Part shown: positions 1 to 9,039 of the stretch, one piece after another
Layout: each line of letters opens with the position of its first letter
How positions within the stretch are numbered: the stretch's first letter is position 1
Assembly (NCBI GenBank): GCA_016182525.1
Contig: JACPGL010000028.1
Location: forward strand, 1-55,164
Length of the DNA stretch: 55,164 nucleotides
Source: Candidatus Kerfeldbacteria bacterium
GTDB lineage: Bacteria > Patescibacteriota > Patescibacteriia > JACPL01
Direction: 5' to 3'
Notes under the pieces: generated by a model
Database searches by the model: none
Seen by the model: the letters and a program-made list of their open reading frames with translations, nothing else
Told to the model about the DNA's origin: nothing
Program-made: the position numbers and the translations under genes

Positions 1-155
1 ACAGGAAAAAGAACAATGACCCGCGAACCGTCGACGTGGGCACCCTTAAAAAATCCGCGCCTTCCATGGTGTCATTTTCTATCGGTCAACCAGTGTGATC
101 CTTAGGGGTTTTCGGTGTCATAATTATATCGGTTGACACGGCTCCATGGATAGTT

Positions 156-189
156 GCGCACCCGTTCACATCGCATGAAACGGGTGCGC
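156..189. terminator. Hairpin downstream of the pyridoxal kinase gene (11-bp stem GCGCACCCGTT/AACGGGTGCGC, 12-nt loop), no clear U-tract
   Basis: Perfect inverted repeat read directly; lies 33 nt past the stop of the 222..1124 gene. Confidence 0.25.
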
Positions 190-221
190 TGGTCCAACAA
201 ACCTGCGTGTGGGAGCTGCCC

Positions 222-1124
222 CTACAATGATTCGTAGGTGTACGACAGCGCGTCTTGCCGCAAGGTGTGGAGCACTGATTCGAGTGCGACGCCCTCCCTG
301 CGTTCGTGATCGAAGCCGAACGACCAACGGATGGCCAGAGAGACAAACTGGACAGCTCGATCAAGAGCAGCGGGGAAGCTTTCTCCCCTCATCATACTCC
401 CGAGAAGAACACTTGTGAAGGTATCTCCGGTACCCGGGTAGTGGACGGGGATCCTTTCATTCTTCACCCGCCAGAAACGGTTCCCTTGAGCATCGAGACC
501 GATGACCGACGACTGGCCAGTTTCGTGCACTGGAACACTCGTCACCACGATGTACTTAGGACCGTTGTCAGCGAGTCTCCTCATCCACCGTTTGATCTCT
601 TCGAGTGCAGTTGTCTCGCTGTACGGCTCGCCGACGAGAAACGCAAGCTCCGTAAGATTCGGGGTGACGAGGTCAGCCTTCGCCACGAGCGTTCGCATAC
701 CCTCGACCATCTCTTGACCCATGGTCCTATAGAGCTTGCCGTCATCGGCCAGCACTGGATCGACGACCACAAGCTGCCTGTCGCTTCGGAAGTCGCTGAT
801 GAACCGAGAGACGACACCGATCTGCTTGGGCGAGCCAAGAAAGCCACTGTAGATCGCGTTGAATGTGACTCCGACGCTTTTCCAGTGGGCGACAATTCTT
901 TCCATCTCATCGGTCAGGTCCAGAAAACTGGGCCCAGTGAACCCCGTGTGAGTGGAAAGAATCGCGGTGGGTAAAGGACAAACCTGAATACCCAGCGAAG
1001 AGAGTGTTGGGATCACGATCGTGAGCGACGCCCTGCCGAATCCCGCGAGACCATGAATCGCCGCCACTCTTTGCGTCGTGTTCTGCACAGAGCCCTCCAT
1101 TCTGACTGTACGAAAGCTACGCAT
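222..1124 (-). CDS. pdxK: Pyridoxal/pyridoxamine kinase (PdxK/PdxY family, ribokinase fold)
   Basis: 300-aa ORF with VVDPVLADDGKLY and C-terminal GTGDTFTSVLLG motifs typical of vitamin B6 kinases; start could be internal Met9 (1100). Confidence 0.75.
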   Translation of the reverse strand: MRSFRTVRMEGSVQNTTQRVAAIHGLAGFGRASLTIVIPTLSSLGIQVCPLPTAILSTHTGFTGPSFLDLTDEMERIVAHWKSVGVTFNAIYSGFLGSPKQIGVVSRFISDFRSDRQLVVVDPVLADDGKLYRTMGQEMVEGMRTLVAKADLVTPNLTELAFLVGEPYSETTALEEIKRWMRRLADNGPKYIVVTSVPVHETGQSSVIGLDAQGNRFWRVKNERIPVHYPGTGDTFTSVLLGSMMRGESFPAALDRAVQFVSLAIRWSFGFDHERREGVALESVLHTLRQDALSYTYESL

Positions 1125-1173
1125 GCTCCCATAGTTCTACGCTAGCATGATCGAAGGAAATGATCAATTGTTG

Positions 1174-1247
1174 TGCGCCCGGTAGGACTTGAACCCACGA
1201 CCTACTGGTCCGAAGCCAGTCGCTCTAATCCGCTGAGCTACGGGCGC
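1174..1247 (-). tRNA. tRNA-Arg, anticodon UCG
   Basis: Reverse complement folds as a cloverleaf: acceptor GCGCCCG/CGGGCGC, D arm GCTC..GAGC, anticodon arm ACTGG-CTTCGGA-CCAGT, T arm GTGGG-TTCAAGT-CCTAC, discriminator A; CCA not encoded. Confidence 0.9.
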
Positions 1248-1331
1248 TTGTCAGAGTTTCGAAGAACATACGGAGGGTATCAAAAATTGCTGGCATCGTC
1301 AATACTATGATACAATAAAATCACTTTCTCT

Positions 1332-2498
1332 ATGCGATTCAAAAATCAATTTGCAAATATCGGGCTGTACGTCGCGCTCGCGCTCTTGCTTCGATTTGTG
1401 GTCGTGGATCGCGTTTTAGAAGCGCGGGAAGAATGGTGGCTCCAAGCTTTCGCCATCCTGCTCATCTTTGGCGTCGGCATCGCGTATGTTTTTCGCGGCA
1501 CAGCAAAGACGATCGAAGAAACAACCGATGTGCTCAAAGATCGAACCAAGCTTGCTGGTGGTTTTTTGCAAGCGTTCGGTACGGCTTTCCCCGATATGGT
1601 CATTGGCGTGGTGGCCGCTCTTGCATCTTTGCAGGTGCGGGACACTGACTACGTTCGCGCCATCAACTTGGCGATCATCGCCGCCTCGACAACATTCGGA
1701 TCCAACATCTACAACATCCTCCATGCGGCATGGTGCATCACGAGACAGAATATCGCAGACGTAAAAAACAGAGCCGTTTTGATGTTCCCGCCGTTTGCGT
1801 TTTCCGGCAAGCTTCAACCACTCCGCAAACATACGGCCAAACCAACCATTCAAGAGATGGACGGCGCTCTGCGTATCTTGACGGTTCTCACCCTTTTAAC
1901 AGCCTTTGTCGCAGTGAGCATGGTGCTGTTCGGCAAAGCCCGCGAAGAGACAGCTCTTTTCGAAGGCGATCTGTACCAATTGACTCGTCCGCTTGGTTTT
2001 GTGCTGTTTCTTTTTTGCGTCGGCGTGCTTTTCAAATTTCGCAAAAGCCATCGGCCTGAATCACCGATTGGCGAAATCGTTGAAGAAGAGCGATACTATG
2101 CCAGCAAACCAACCGTGCGGATATGGGTGGATCTTTTGCTTTCAGGAGTCGCGATTCTGTTCACCGCCGAAAGCATGGTGAGAGCAATGGAAACGTTCTC
2201 TCATCTGACGCACATTCCTTTTGTCGTTACTGGGATTCTTGCCGGCCTTATTGGGTGTTTAGGAGAAATGATTGTGATCCATAACTTCTCTGTGAACCCC
2301 AAGGGCCGTATTGGAGATGCGATCGTCGGCGTGTCGATGGATAACATTGTCACCACGCTCGGCGCATCGATTGTCGCCATGATGGGCGGTATTTTTTTGG
2401 GAGGCAATTCGTTGATCTTGATCTTTGTCATCATCCTCACCTCAAACACGCTCCTCATTGAACAGATCTCCCGACTGAAAAACACCTTGGCTCACTAG
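1332..2498 (+). CDS. Polytopic membrane protein, probable Ca2+/cation antiporter (CaCA/YrbG-like)
   Basis: 388-aa ORF with about 10 hydrophobic segments and two internal alpha-repeat-like motifs (GTAFPDMVIGVVAA; GCLGEMIVIHNF); family call from motif resemblance only. Confidence 0.55.
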   Translation: MRFKNQFANIGLYVALALLLRFVVVDRVLEAREEWWLQAFAILLIFGVGIAYVFRGTAKTIEETTDVLKDRTKLAGGFLQAFGTAFPDMVIGVVAALASLQVRDTDYVRAINLAIIAASTTFGSNIYNILHAAWCITRQNIADVKNRAVLMFPPFAFSGKLQPLRKHTAKPTIQEMDGALRILTVLTLLTAFVAVSMVLFGKAREETALFEGDLYQLTRPLGFVLFLFCVGVLFKFRKSHRPESPIGEIVEEERYYASKPTVRIWVDLLLSGVAILFTAESMVRAMETFSHLTHIPFVVTGILAGLIGCLGEMIVIHNFSVNPKGRIGDAIVGVSMDNIVTTLGASIVAMMGGIFLGGNSLILIFVIILTSNTLLIEQISRLKNTLAH

Positions 2499-3682
2499 AA
2501 CAAAGCCCGCTGTCGGTGATCCACGAGTGGTTCACGTAGACTTATTTTTTTCATACTAAACTCGAATACCGGCCGAACAGTCTTTTCCTTTTGAATAAGG
2601 AATAAAAATTCTTTATTTCGTATATCCTGACCATTTCCTCCATTGAGCCACTGATTTGTCCATGTCATTGTGGCCATGACATTCTTTTTATAGTCCATCT
2701 CGATGATAGAACATTCCATTTTCAATTCTCGCAGTATTTCAATGATCGCATCAAAGGTTGCCCTCCCATTATTGTTATACGATAAAACAATATACTTTGC
2801 TTTTGTCTCTTCTATAAGTCTTTTTAGAGCATCAATAACAATATATCTGCCTTCGGCATTCTTTCTAAACTCTTCAAAGACTGACCCAGCGATAACGTCA
2901 CTCACATCTTCACGTCGATGAGCAGCTCCAACAACTTTTGGTTTGTCATTCAAACAAATCGTTTTCCAAATATGATAATACGAAGCATAACGGACGCGCG
3001 AAGGAGGCATGAGCTCATTTGAAGAGCCGTAAGGCGGATCGTAGTATGCCAAATCTACTTCGATATCATCGAGTAAATCAAAAATATCGTTATTGAAAAC
3101 GTGATGACTCTTATCATCAATGACCAACTTTGGCACCTCCATTTTCATTGTGTTGTACGCTCGTGGTGCCCATTGTTTAAGGTAAGAAACATGATGTCCT
3201 ACGGAATTATCTACCTTATCCATGGCAAGAATCAAACTCGTCAAAAGAACCGATTTTTCTATTGCATTCTTAGAAATTTTATCAATTTCCTCCCGTATAG
3301 CATCAAGTTTCATTGTGTTGTGGAGCTGCCACATTCTTTTTTTCCCATCGCTGTGTATTGCGCTCCCGCTATTTGGTTCCCCACCGTAGTACTTCGAAAA
3401 CCAACCAAATTTTCCAGGAAGTTCGTTTAATAGATCAATAGAGCGTTGATAATATGACGCTGGTTTTCGATTTAACAAATAACAATCACTAAAGACCTTT
3501 GACCAAATTGCTATGTCGTTTGCATAGACGGTATACCCTTCTTTTTTAAATGCTTGAGAAACTCGAGTCGTCCCAGAGAATCCATCAAAAATTGTGCGGA
3601 CATCTAATGGGCGCACAAACTCAAGTAAGACCGGGATGATCTCCCTTTTTGAACCTGTATATTTTATGCCTTCAGTTTCCAT
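2495..3682 (-). CDS. N6-adenine DNA methyltransferase, D12/Dam-like class (type II R-M methylase)
   Basis: 395-aa ORF with N-terminal YTGSKR, motif I FDGFSGTTRV, motif IV DPPY (AYYDPPYGSS); visibly AT-rich (about 33% GC in sampled lines). Confidence 0.85.
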   Translation of the reverse strand: METEGIKYTGSKREIIPVLLEFVRPLDVRTIFDGFSGTTRVSQAFKKEGYTVYANDIAIWSKVFSDCYLLNRKPASYYQRSIDLLNELPGKFGWFSKYYGGEPNSGSAIHSDGKKRMWQLHNTMKLDAIREEIDKISKNAIEKSVLLTSLILAMDKVDNSVGHHVSYLKQWAPRAYNTMKMEVPKLVIDDKSHHVFNNDIFDLLDDIEVDLAYYDPPYGSSNELMPPSRVRYASYYHIWKTICLNDKPKVVGAAHRREDVSDVIAGSVFEEFRKNAEGRYIVIDALKRLIEETKAKYIVLSYNNNGRATFDAIIEILRELKMECSIIEMDYKKNVMATMTWTNQWLNGGNGQDIRNKEFLFLIQKEKTVRPVFEFSMKKISLREPLVDHRQRALF

Positions 3683-3731
3683 AGAATACCATTGAGTATC
3701 ATTGTACCAAATACGACAATCCTTTGAAAGG

Positions 3732-4571
3732 CTAAAGCATAGATTTTGTCTTAGATTTGGGAAACATTTTCAAAATCTGCTCGTGCTTTTCTTTGGGTGA
3801 GACGAGGATTTTTGAGAGCAAATGAATCAATGGCTCGTTAATATTATACTCACCTTTCAAAAGTTCCTTAAAGTATGGATGAGCCTTTTCAGTATGAGTC
3901 CACATCCCCCGTTGTAAGGCATTTGCCTTTGCGTCTCCATATCGTACTTCAAAAATATACTCATCCTTTGCATCATAAAATTTGTATATTGGAAAGGTAT
4001 GCCTATTTGATCCAAACTTTCTTTGTGAGAGAAATTTAATACGCCGTACAGATGCATATGCTCTCTGTAGATCAAAAACAATGACCTTAAAAGCCAGTTT
4101 TTTCTCGTCGTAAATCAAGGGCAAGATGTTTACCCCACTAAAACCAGCGAAGCATGGCCGATTCAAAATTCTCTCAATTTCTTTTACATTCTTTATCTCC
4201 CTATTCCCCACCTCCTTTTTGAGAGATGCAAACATTGAACTATCTTTGTTCGTTGAAAGCTGTAAAGGGCCAATCCCGTATGTTTTTATGCTGATTGGTA
4301 TCTCCTCCGTGGTTTGCAGATCCTTCACTCGTATATCCTCCTCAAATGCTTTTGCTCTAAATTTCTCCTTTCCAGTATGGATGGCGGAAAAACCTTCAAT
4401 AAATTGGTTGATGTATTCTGTGAGCGCGATCTCTGCAAGATCACCATGTGTTTTATTCCCAATAATTCTCATCGAGAAAACGTTGGCCAGAACTGTGTAC
4501 ATTGCCAACGGTCGCGTCTTGAAGCTTTGTTCTAATCTCTCCAAAAATTTTTGATAGGCCGAGATCTTCAT
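3732..4571 (-). CDS. Putative type II restriction endonuclease (assigned by context)
   Basis: 279-aa ORF between the C-protein gene (1-nt gap) and the methylase; no family recognised; possible PD-(D/E)xK-like arrangement (GDLAE ... EEDIRVKD ... ISIKT). Confidence 0.5.
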   Translation of the reverse strand: MKISAYQKFLERLEQSFKTRPLAMYTVLANVFSMRIIGNKTHGDLAEIALTEYINQFIEGFSAIHTGKEKFRAKAFEEDIRVKDLQTTEEIPISIKTYGIGPLQLSTNKDSSMFASLKKEVGNREIKNVKEIERILNRPCFAGFSGVNILPLIYDEKKLAFKVIVFDLQRAYASVRRIKFLSQRKFGSNRHTFPIYKFYDAKDEYIFEVRYGDAKANALQRGMWTHTEKAHPYFKELLKGEYNINEPLIHLLSKILVSPKEKHEQILKMFPKSKTKSML

Positions 4572-4572
4572 A

Positions 4573-4791
4573 TTAATGAAAATTCCTAAAAAAATCGGAA
4601 AGTTCTAAATTGAGAGCTTTCGAAACTTTTTCTATATTTTCCAACGTGATATTTTTCTCGGCTCGCTCGATCATGCCAATATATGTGCGATGCACACCTG
4701 CCCTGGATGCAAGCTCTTCCTGAGAAAATCCCAGCTCCATCCGTTTATCACGAACCCTTTTGCCAAATTTGATGAGAATTTCTTTTTTCAT
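4573..4791 (-). CDS. XRE-family HTH protein, probable R-M controller (C) protein
   Basis: 72-aa ORF with HTH ELGFSQEELASRAGVHRTYIGMIERAEKNITLENI, placed directly 5' of the putative endonuclease as in C-dependent R-M operons. Confidence 0.7.
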   Translation of the reverse strand: MKKEILIKFGKRVRDKRMELGFSQEELASRAGVHRTYIGMIERAEKNITLENIEKVSKALNLELSDFFRNFH

Positions 4792-4889
4792 ATTTTCATC
4801 TCAACAGTCTCAGTATAGATATTTGCTCACTTTAGTTCTACATACTATAGTTAGCACATAAACTTATATTTCATTCTGATAATAGAAAA

Positions 4890-4922
4890 TCAAAAACCCC
4901 TTTCCAAGAAAAGGGATTTTTG
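4890..4922 (-). terminator. Bidirectional intrinsic terminator-like hairpin between hup and the R-M island
   Basis: CCCTTT(4898-4903)/AAAGGG(4910-4915) stem with T/A runs on both sides. Confidence 0.45.
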
Positions 4923-4981
4923 AGCAACCCAGCACACGCGGGCACGACGCGCGTTCGGCTCGAGCTTCTTTTGTGCAAGGC

Positions 4982-5260
4982 TCACGCCTTTAGCGCGTCT
5001 TTGAGCGACTTGCCTGCCTTGAACTTGGGCACCACGACTTCCGGAATCTGAATCCGTTCTGTGGGCTTTTGAGGATTCACACCCATGCGCGCCGTGCGTC
5101 GGCGAGCGGAAAACGTGCCAAATCCGGTCAGCGTCACTTCGCTGCCTCCTTTGATTGTTTGCGTGACGACCTCTTCAAACGCTTCAAGCACATCCTCGAT
5201 TTGCTTGCGAGGAGCACCGACTTTTGAAGAGATTGCCTCTGCGAGTTCGACTTTGTTCAT
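4982..5260 (-). CDS. hup: HU-family DNA-binding protein
   Basis: 92-aa ORF MNKVELAE...GFGTFSARRRTARMGVNPQKPTERIQIPEVVVPKFKAGKSLKDAL; strong SD AAGGAGGTG 5-6 nt upstream. Confidence 0.9.
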   Translation of the reverse strand: MNKVELAEAISSKVGAPRKQIEDVLEAFEEVVTQTIKGGSEVTLTGFGTFSARRRTARMGVNPQKPTERIQIPEVVVPKFKAGKSLKDALKA

Positions 5261-5275
5261 CGTCCCACCTCCTTT

Positions 5276-6070
5276 CTATACGTTCGTGAGTTGTTGGTGA
5301 AGTTGTATGGTTTTCGTTTTGCCGGATGCATCGTCGATCCGGGCGACGAGCGCGTTGACCGTGACTTCTCCATGTTCCGGAATTTCATGCGCAACCGGCA
5401 CAGACGTTTTGAATGACCGAATGATCGCGTTTTTTTCCACCCCGATCACGGAATCGCGCGAGCCGGTCATGCCGACATCCGTGATGTAGCCGGTGCCGCC
5501 GGGCATGATCCATGCATCGGCAGTTGGCACATGCGTGTGCGTGCCGACGACGGTGGAGACACGTCCATCGAGATACCACCCAAGCGCGACTTTCTCCGAT
5601 GTGGCCTCGGCGTGCATGTCCACGAAGATCGCCGAGCGATCACCCAACGGGAGCGTTTCAAGGATGCGATCAATCACCTGGAACGGATCATCAATCTGCT
5701 CATGCATGAATACCCGTCCCTGTAAGTTTACCACGGAAAGCCGTTTCGTTCCAATCTCGATGGTTTTCACGCCCGTTCCCGGGTTCGTGGGCGGGTAGTT
5801 GGCCGGGCGAAGGAGCTTGGAATCGCGACGGTCGAGAATGGCCACGCCTTGCTTCTGTTTCCAGATGTGGTTGCCGGAGGTCATTACATCCACGCCCATG
5901 TCGAGCATTTCTTGGTAGGTGGAATCAGTGACGCCTTTCCCATGTGCAAGATTTTCGACATTTGCGATCACCGCATCAGGCTGAAATGTTCGTCGAAGAT
6001 CAGGCAGGACTTTTCGAACCGCCTCCCGCCCTATTTTTCCTATAATGTCTCCGAAGAAGAGGATGGTCAT
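5276..6070 (-). CDS. ymdB: YmdB-family metallophosphoesterase (2',3'-cyclic-nucleotide phosphodiesterase, TIGR00282-like)
   Basis: 264-aa ORF MTILFFGDIIGKIGREAV...VIANVENLAHGKGVT; downstream of rny as in Bacillus. Confidence 0.85.
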   Translation of the reverse strand: MTILFFGDIIGKIGREAVRKVLPDLRRTFQPDAVIANVENLAHGKGVTDSTYQEMLDMGVDVMTSGNHIWKQKQGVAILDRRDSKLLRPANYPPTNPGTGVKTIEIGTKRLSVVNLQGRVFMHEQIDDPFQVIDRILETLPLGDRSAIFVDMHAEATSEKVALGWYLDGRVSTVVGTHTHVPTADAWIMPGGTGYITDVGMTGSRDSVIGVEKNAIIRSFKTSVPVAHEIPEHGEVTVNALVARIDDASGKTKTIQLHQQLTNV

Positions 6071-6091
6071 ACATATAGAGGGTTGGAGTTA

Positions 6092-6254
6092 GACAGCGGA
6101 AAGGAAATCGCCCTTCTCGCGGCACCGGGTCGGTCGCCTCCTGCGGGCGACCGCCCTGCGCTCGGCTCGCCGCTCGGTCGCCTTTGGCGACCGAGACCAA
6201 GCCGGCGAGCCTGTGCAAGCAGCCGCTCCGAAGGTCAATTTCCTTTCCGCTGTC
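6092..6254. repeat. 163-bp GC-rich element with perfect 17-bp terminal inverted repeats (family A)
   Basis: GACAGCGGAAAGGAAAT (6092-6108) versus ATTTCCTTTCCGCTGTC (6238-6254); internal GGTCGCC-n-GGCGACC hairpins. Confidence 0.7.
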
Positions 6255-6297
6255 ACCCGTCATGATCTTCGCTCTTGAGATGGGATGCTCTCGCGAC

Positions 6298-6504
6298 ATC
6301 ACCCGCAAAGGATGCTGCGAAGGGATCCCGAGAGCAGCGAGCGGCCATGGTGTCCCGCACGAGATCCTTCGTCCGCCGTTGGCGGACTCAGGATGACAAA
6401 GGCCAGTCGACGGATGACAGTGCGGGACGAGCGAGCGCGAGGCAAAGTGCGGCCGGCTCGGAGGGCCGGCCGACACGGCCCGAAGCAGCACCTTTGCGGG
6501 TGAT
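6298..6504. repeat. 207-bp GC-rich element with 14-bp terminal inverted repeats (family B, copy 1) carrying a nested family-2 unit (6363-6397)
   Basis: ATCACCCGCAAAGG (6298-6311) versus CCTTTGCGGGTGAT (6491-6504); first about 35 nt and last about 60 nt closely match 32884..33032. Confidence 0.75.
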
Positions 6505-6522
6505 TTGAGCGATAAGGGACTT

Positions 6523-8049
6523 CTATCTCGCGTACTCGACAATACGCCTCTCGCGAATACAGTTGACTTTGATTTCCCCTGGATACTTCAGTTCACTCTC
6601 AATCTTGCGCGCAATGTTGCCTGCAAGCATCTGCATGCCATAGTCATCAACACGCTCCGGCGTCACAAACACGCGCACCTCGCGGCCTGCCTGAATGGCA
6701 TACGCTTTCTCAACGCCCTCAAACGCAAGCGCAACATTCTCAAGCTCTTCCAAGCGCTGAATATATTGCTCATACGAATCCTTGCGCGCGCCGGGTCGGC
6801 CACCACTGATCGAATCAGCGACTTTCACAATTATCCCCTCGAGTGTGCGCGGATGATCTTCGTGATGCGCAATGGCGATGTAGGCCAAGTCTTCCGGCAG
6901 CCCAAATTTTTTCATAATATCATAGCCGATCTGCGTGTGCGGGCCTTGCACTTCGTGGTCAACCGCTTTGCCGATGTCGTGGAGCAGGCCGCCTTTTTTC
7001 GCAATACTCACATCGGCACCCAACTGTTCTGCCAGCACACGCGACAAATGCGCCACTTCAATCGAATGGAGCAACACATTCTGACCATAGCTCGTGCGAT
7101 ATTTCAACCGACCCAAGATGTGCATGAGTTTAGGATCTAAACCGCCAACGCCAACTTCATAACAGGCATTCTCCCCGGCTTTTTTAATGTCGGAGGAGAG
7201 TTCCTTTTTCGCAATCTCCACGGTTTCTTCGATGCGTGTGGGGTGGATGCGGCCGTCGGAAATCAATTTTTCTAACGCAATACGCGCCAAGTGGCGGCGG
7301 ATCGGACTGAACCCGGAAACCATGATCGAACCTGGTGTTTCATCCACAATCAACTCCACGCCGGTCAACTGCTCGATCGCCTTAATATTGCGGCCTTCTT
7401 TGCCGATAATGCGGCCTTTCATTTCTTCAGAGGGAACAGTTACAGTCGTGGTTGTGGTTTCGGCAACATGCGAACCGACATACCGCTGCATGGCGGCGGC
7501 CAAGAGCGAACGCGCTTTCTCCTCATATTCTTCTGTCCCCTCTTGCTCAACTTTACGGATGCGGGATTGAATCGCTTCTCGCTCATCCCGCTCCACCGCT
7601 TTCAACAGCTCTTCTTTGGCTTCGTCGCGTGACATCGCGGCCACTGTCTCGAGCTTGGCTTTTTGATCATCTTTGATCTTCAAAATTTCCTGCTTGATAT
7701 CGTCAATCTTTTTCGCGCGATCTTGAATCTCTTTTTGCTTATTTTCCAAATCCAAAAGTTTCTGATCGAACACATTCTCGCGCTGTTCAACGCGTGATTG
7801 CATGTGATCCAATTCTTTTCGCCGTTTTTCCTCTTCGAGCTTGGCCTGCTCGATCATCGAAATCGCCTTATCCTTTGCTTCTAAGATAAGGTCTTTCTGC
7901 TTCTGTCGCCCCTCGGCCAGCATTTGTTCGACGCGCGCTTCGGCGGAATCCACTTCTCGGCTCGCGAGAACCTTGCGAGCATAATACCCAAGAAGCATCC
8001 CGAGTGGCGCCGCAATGGCCAGCGTGACGACAAAGATCAGATTTTCCAT
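6523..8049 (-). CDS. rny: Ribonuclease Y
   Basis: 508-aa ORF: N-terminal TM helix, long coiled coil, KH domain (GRIIGKEGRNIKAIEQLTGVELIVD), HD domain (LLHDIGKAVDHE). Confidence 0.95.
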   Translation of the reverse strand: MENLIFVVTLAIAAPLGMLLGYYARKVLASREVDSAEARVEQMLAEGRQKQKDLILEAKDKAISMIEQAKLEEEKRRKELDHMQSRVEQRENVFDQKLLDLENKQKEIQDRAKKIDDIKQEILKIKDDQKAKLETVAAMSRDEAKEELLKAVERDEREAIQSRIRKVEQEGTEEYEEKARSLLAAAMQRYVGSHVAETTTTTVTVPSEEMKGRIIGKEGRNIKAIEQLTGVELIVDETPGSIMVSGFSPIRRHLARIALEKLISDGRIHPTRIEETVEIAKKELSSDIKKAGENACYEVGVGGLDPKLMHILGRLKYRTSYGQNVLLHSIEVAHLSRVLAEQLGADVSIAKKGGLLHDIGKAVDHEVQGPHTQIGYDIMKKFGLPEDLAYIAIAHHEDHPRTLEGIIVKVADSISGGRPGARKDSYEQYIQRLEELENVALAFEGVEKAYAIQAGREVRVFVTPERVDDYGMQMLAGNIARKIESELKYPGEIKVNCIRERRIVEYAR

Positions 8050-8351
8050 AGTGTGATCCTTTCGTGAATGGATCAGGAGCGATCACACGAGTTCATGCGG
8101 CTTTTCCGCGAGTCAATGCGTGAAAACGCCAGCATTACTTGCCGGAATCCCGTAGAACGGATGTCCGTTGACGATCGATCATCAATTGTCGGAAAGAGAT
8201 AGTCATGGTCATTGTTGGGAGGGCAAAACCCGTGTACTCGAACCTGGTCGTTAAGATGAAGTCAGAACGTAGAGTAGCATGAATACCCGCCAAAGTCAAA
8301 ACACCCGAAAATACCGGAAAACGGGCAAAAAACGGGTTGTGGCGGCAAAAG

Positions 8352-8397
8352 TGTCCAAAGCTAAGCTTTGAACATGGCAAAAGCTTAGCTTTGGACA
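8352..8397. repeat. 46-bp double-palindrome repeat, copy 1 (downstream flank of clpP)
   Basis: TGTCCAAAGCTAAGCTTTGAACATGGCAAAAGCTTAGCTTTGGACA; 45/46 identical to 9040..9085. Confidence 0.85.
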
Positions 8398-8403
8398 CTA
8401 ATA

Positions 8404-9000
8404 CTATTCCCCTGTTGCGCGCTTGGGCTCGATAATACGGTCGATCATGCCGTAGTTTTTTGCTTCTTCGGCATCCATAAAGAAGTCACGATCCGTGTCT
8501 TTTTGGATCTTTTCAAGTGGTTGGCCGGTATGGGTGACCAAGATACGGTTCAAGCGGTCGCGGATTTTCAGGATATGTTCCGCTTGGATTTTGATGTCCG
8601 TGGCTTGGCCTTGCGCGCCGCCCATGACTTGGTGAATCATGACCTCAGCATTCGGTAACGCGAATCGCTTGCCGTGCGCTCCGGCAGCCAAAAGTGTGGC
8701 GCCCATCGACGCGGCGATTCCAATGCAAATAGTCGACACATCGGCTTTCACGTACTGCATCGTGTCGTAAATCGCGAGTCCTGCCGTGACCGATCCGCCA
8801 GGCGTGTTGACATAGAGCTTAATATCTTGTTTGGAGTTCTGCGAATCCAAGAACAGCATTTGGGCAATGACGATGTTGGCGACCACATCATCAATCGGCT
8901 CGCCAAGAAAAATAATCCGCTCTTTCAAGAGCCGAGAGTAGATATCGTAGACGCGCTCACCGTAGGTTTCGCGCTCAATGACGGTTGGGATAAGGGGCAT
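8404..9000 (-). CDS. clpP: ATP-dependent Clp protease proteolytic subunit
   Basis: [33 protein letters not shown]..., catalytic-region GIAASMGA; ATG at 9000 preferred over the upstream TTG because a consensus promoter ends 6 nt before it. Confidence 0.95.
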   Translation of the reverse strand: MPLIPTVIERETYGERVYDIYSRLLKERIIFLGEPIDDVVANIVIAQMLFLDSQNSKQDIKLYVNTPGGSVTAGLAIYDTMQYVKADVSTICIGIAASMGATLLAAGAHGKRFALPNAEVMIHQVMGGAQGQATDIKIQAEHILKIRDRLNRILVTHTGQPLEKIQKDTDRDFFMDAEEAKNYGMIDRIIEPKRATGE

Positions 9001-9006
9001 AGAGGT

Positions 9007-9036
9007 ATTGTACGTGCCAGCATGATGTGCTGTCAA
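9007..9036 (-). promoter_or_regulatory. clpP promoter, TTGACA-18-TACAAT, -10 ends 6 nt before the ATG (leaderless architecture)
   Basis: Minus strand reads gcTTGACAgcacatcatgctggcacgTACAATacctctATG. Confidence 0.6.
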
Positions 9037-9039
9037 GCA

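Noticed and set aside
306-974. 222-aa plus-strand ORF antisense to the pyridoxal kinase gene
   Set aside because: It is a shadow ORF of a well-supported minus-strand gene. The translation is low-complexity and Arg/His-rich with no recognisable motifs.
6000-6542. 180-aa ORF, plus several 60-140-aa ORFs, across the rny-ymdB spacer
   Set aside because: The region is made of palindromic repeats. The same peptide fragments (for example DITRKGCCEGIP) reappear at 32839..33063 only because the DNA repeat recurs.
8135-8398. 87-aa ORF in the clpP-rny spacer, and a possible rny promoter TTGACT-17-TACTCT at 8271-8299
   Set aside because: The ORF begins inside the 46-bp palindromic repeat and has no coding features. 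The promoter is plausible but would give a roughly 220-nt leader, unlike the other promoters here, so it is not listed as a feature.
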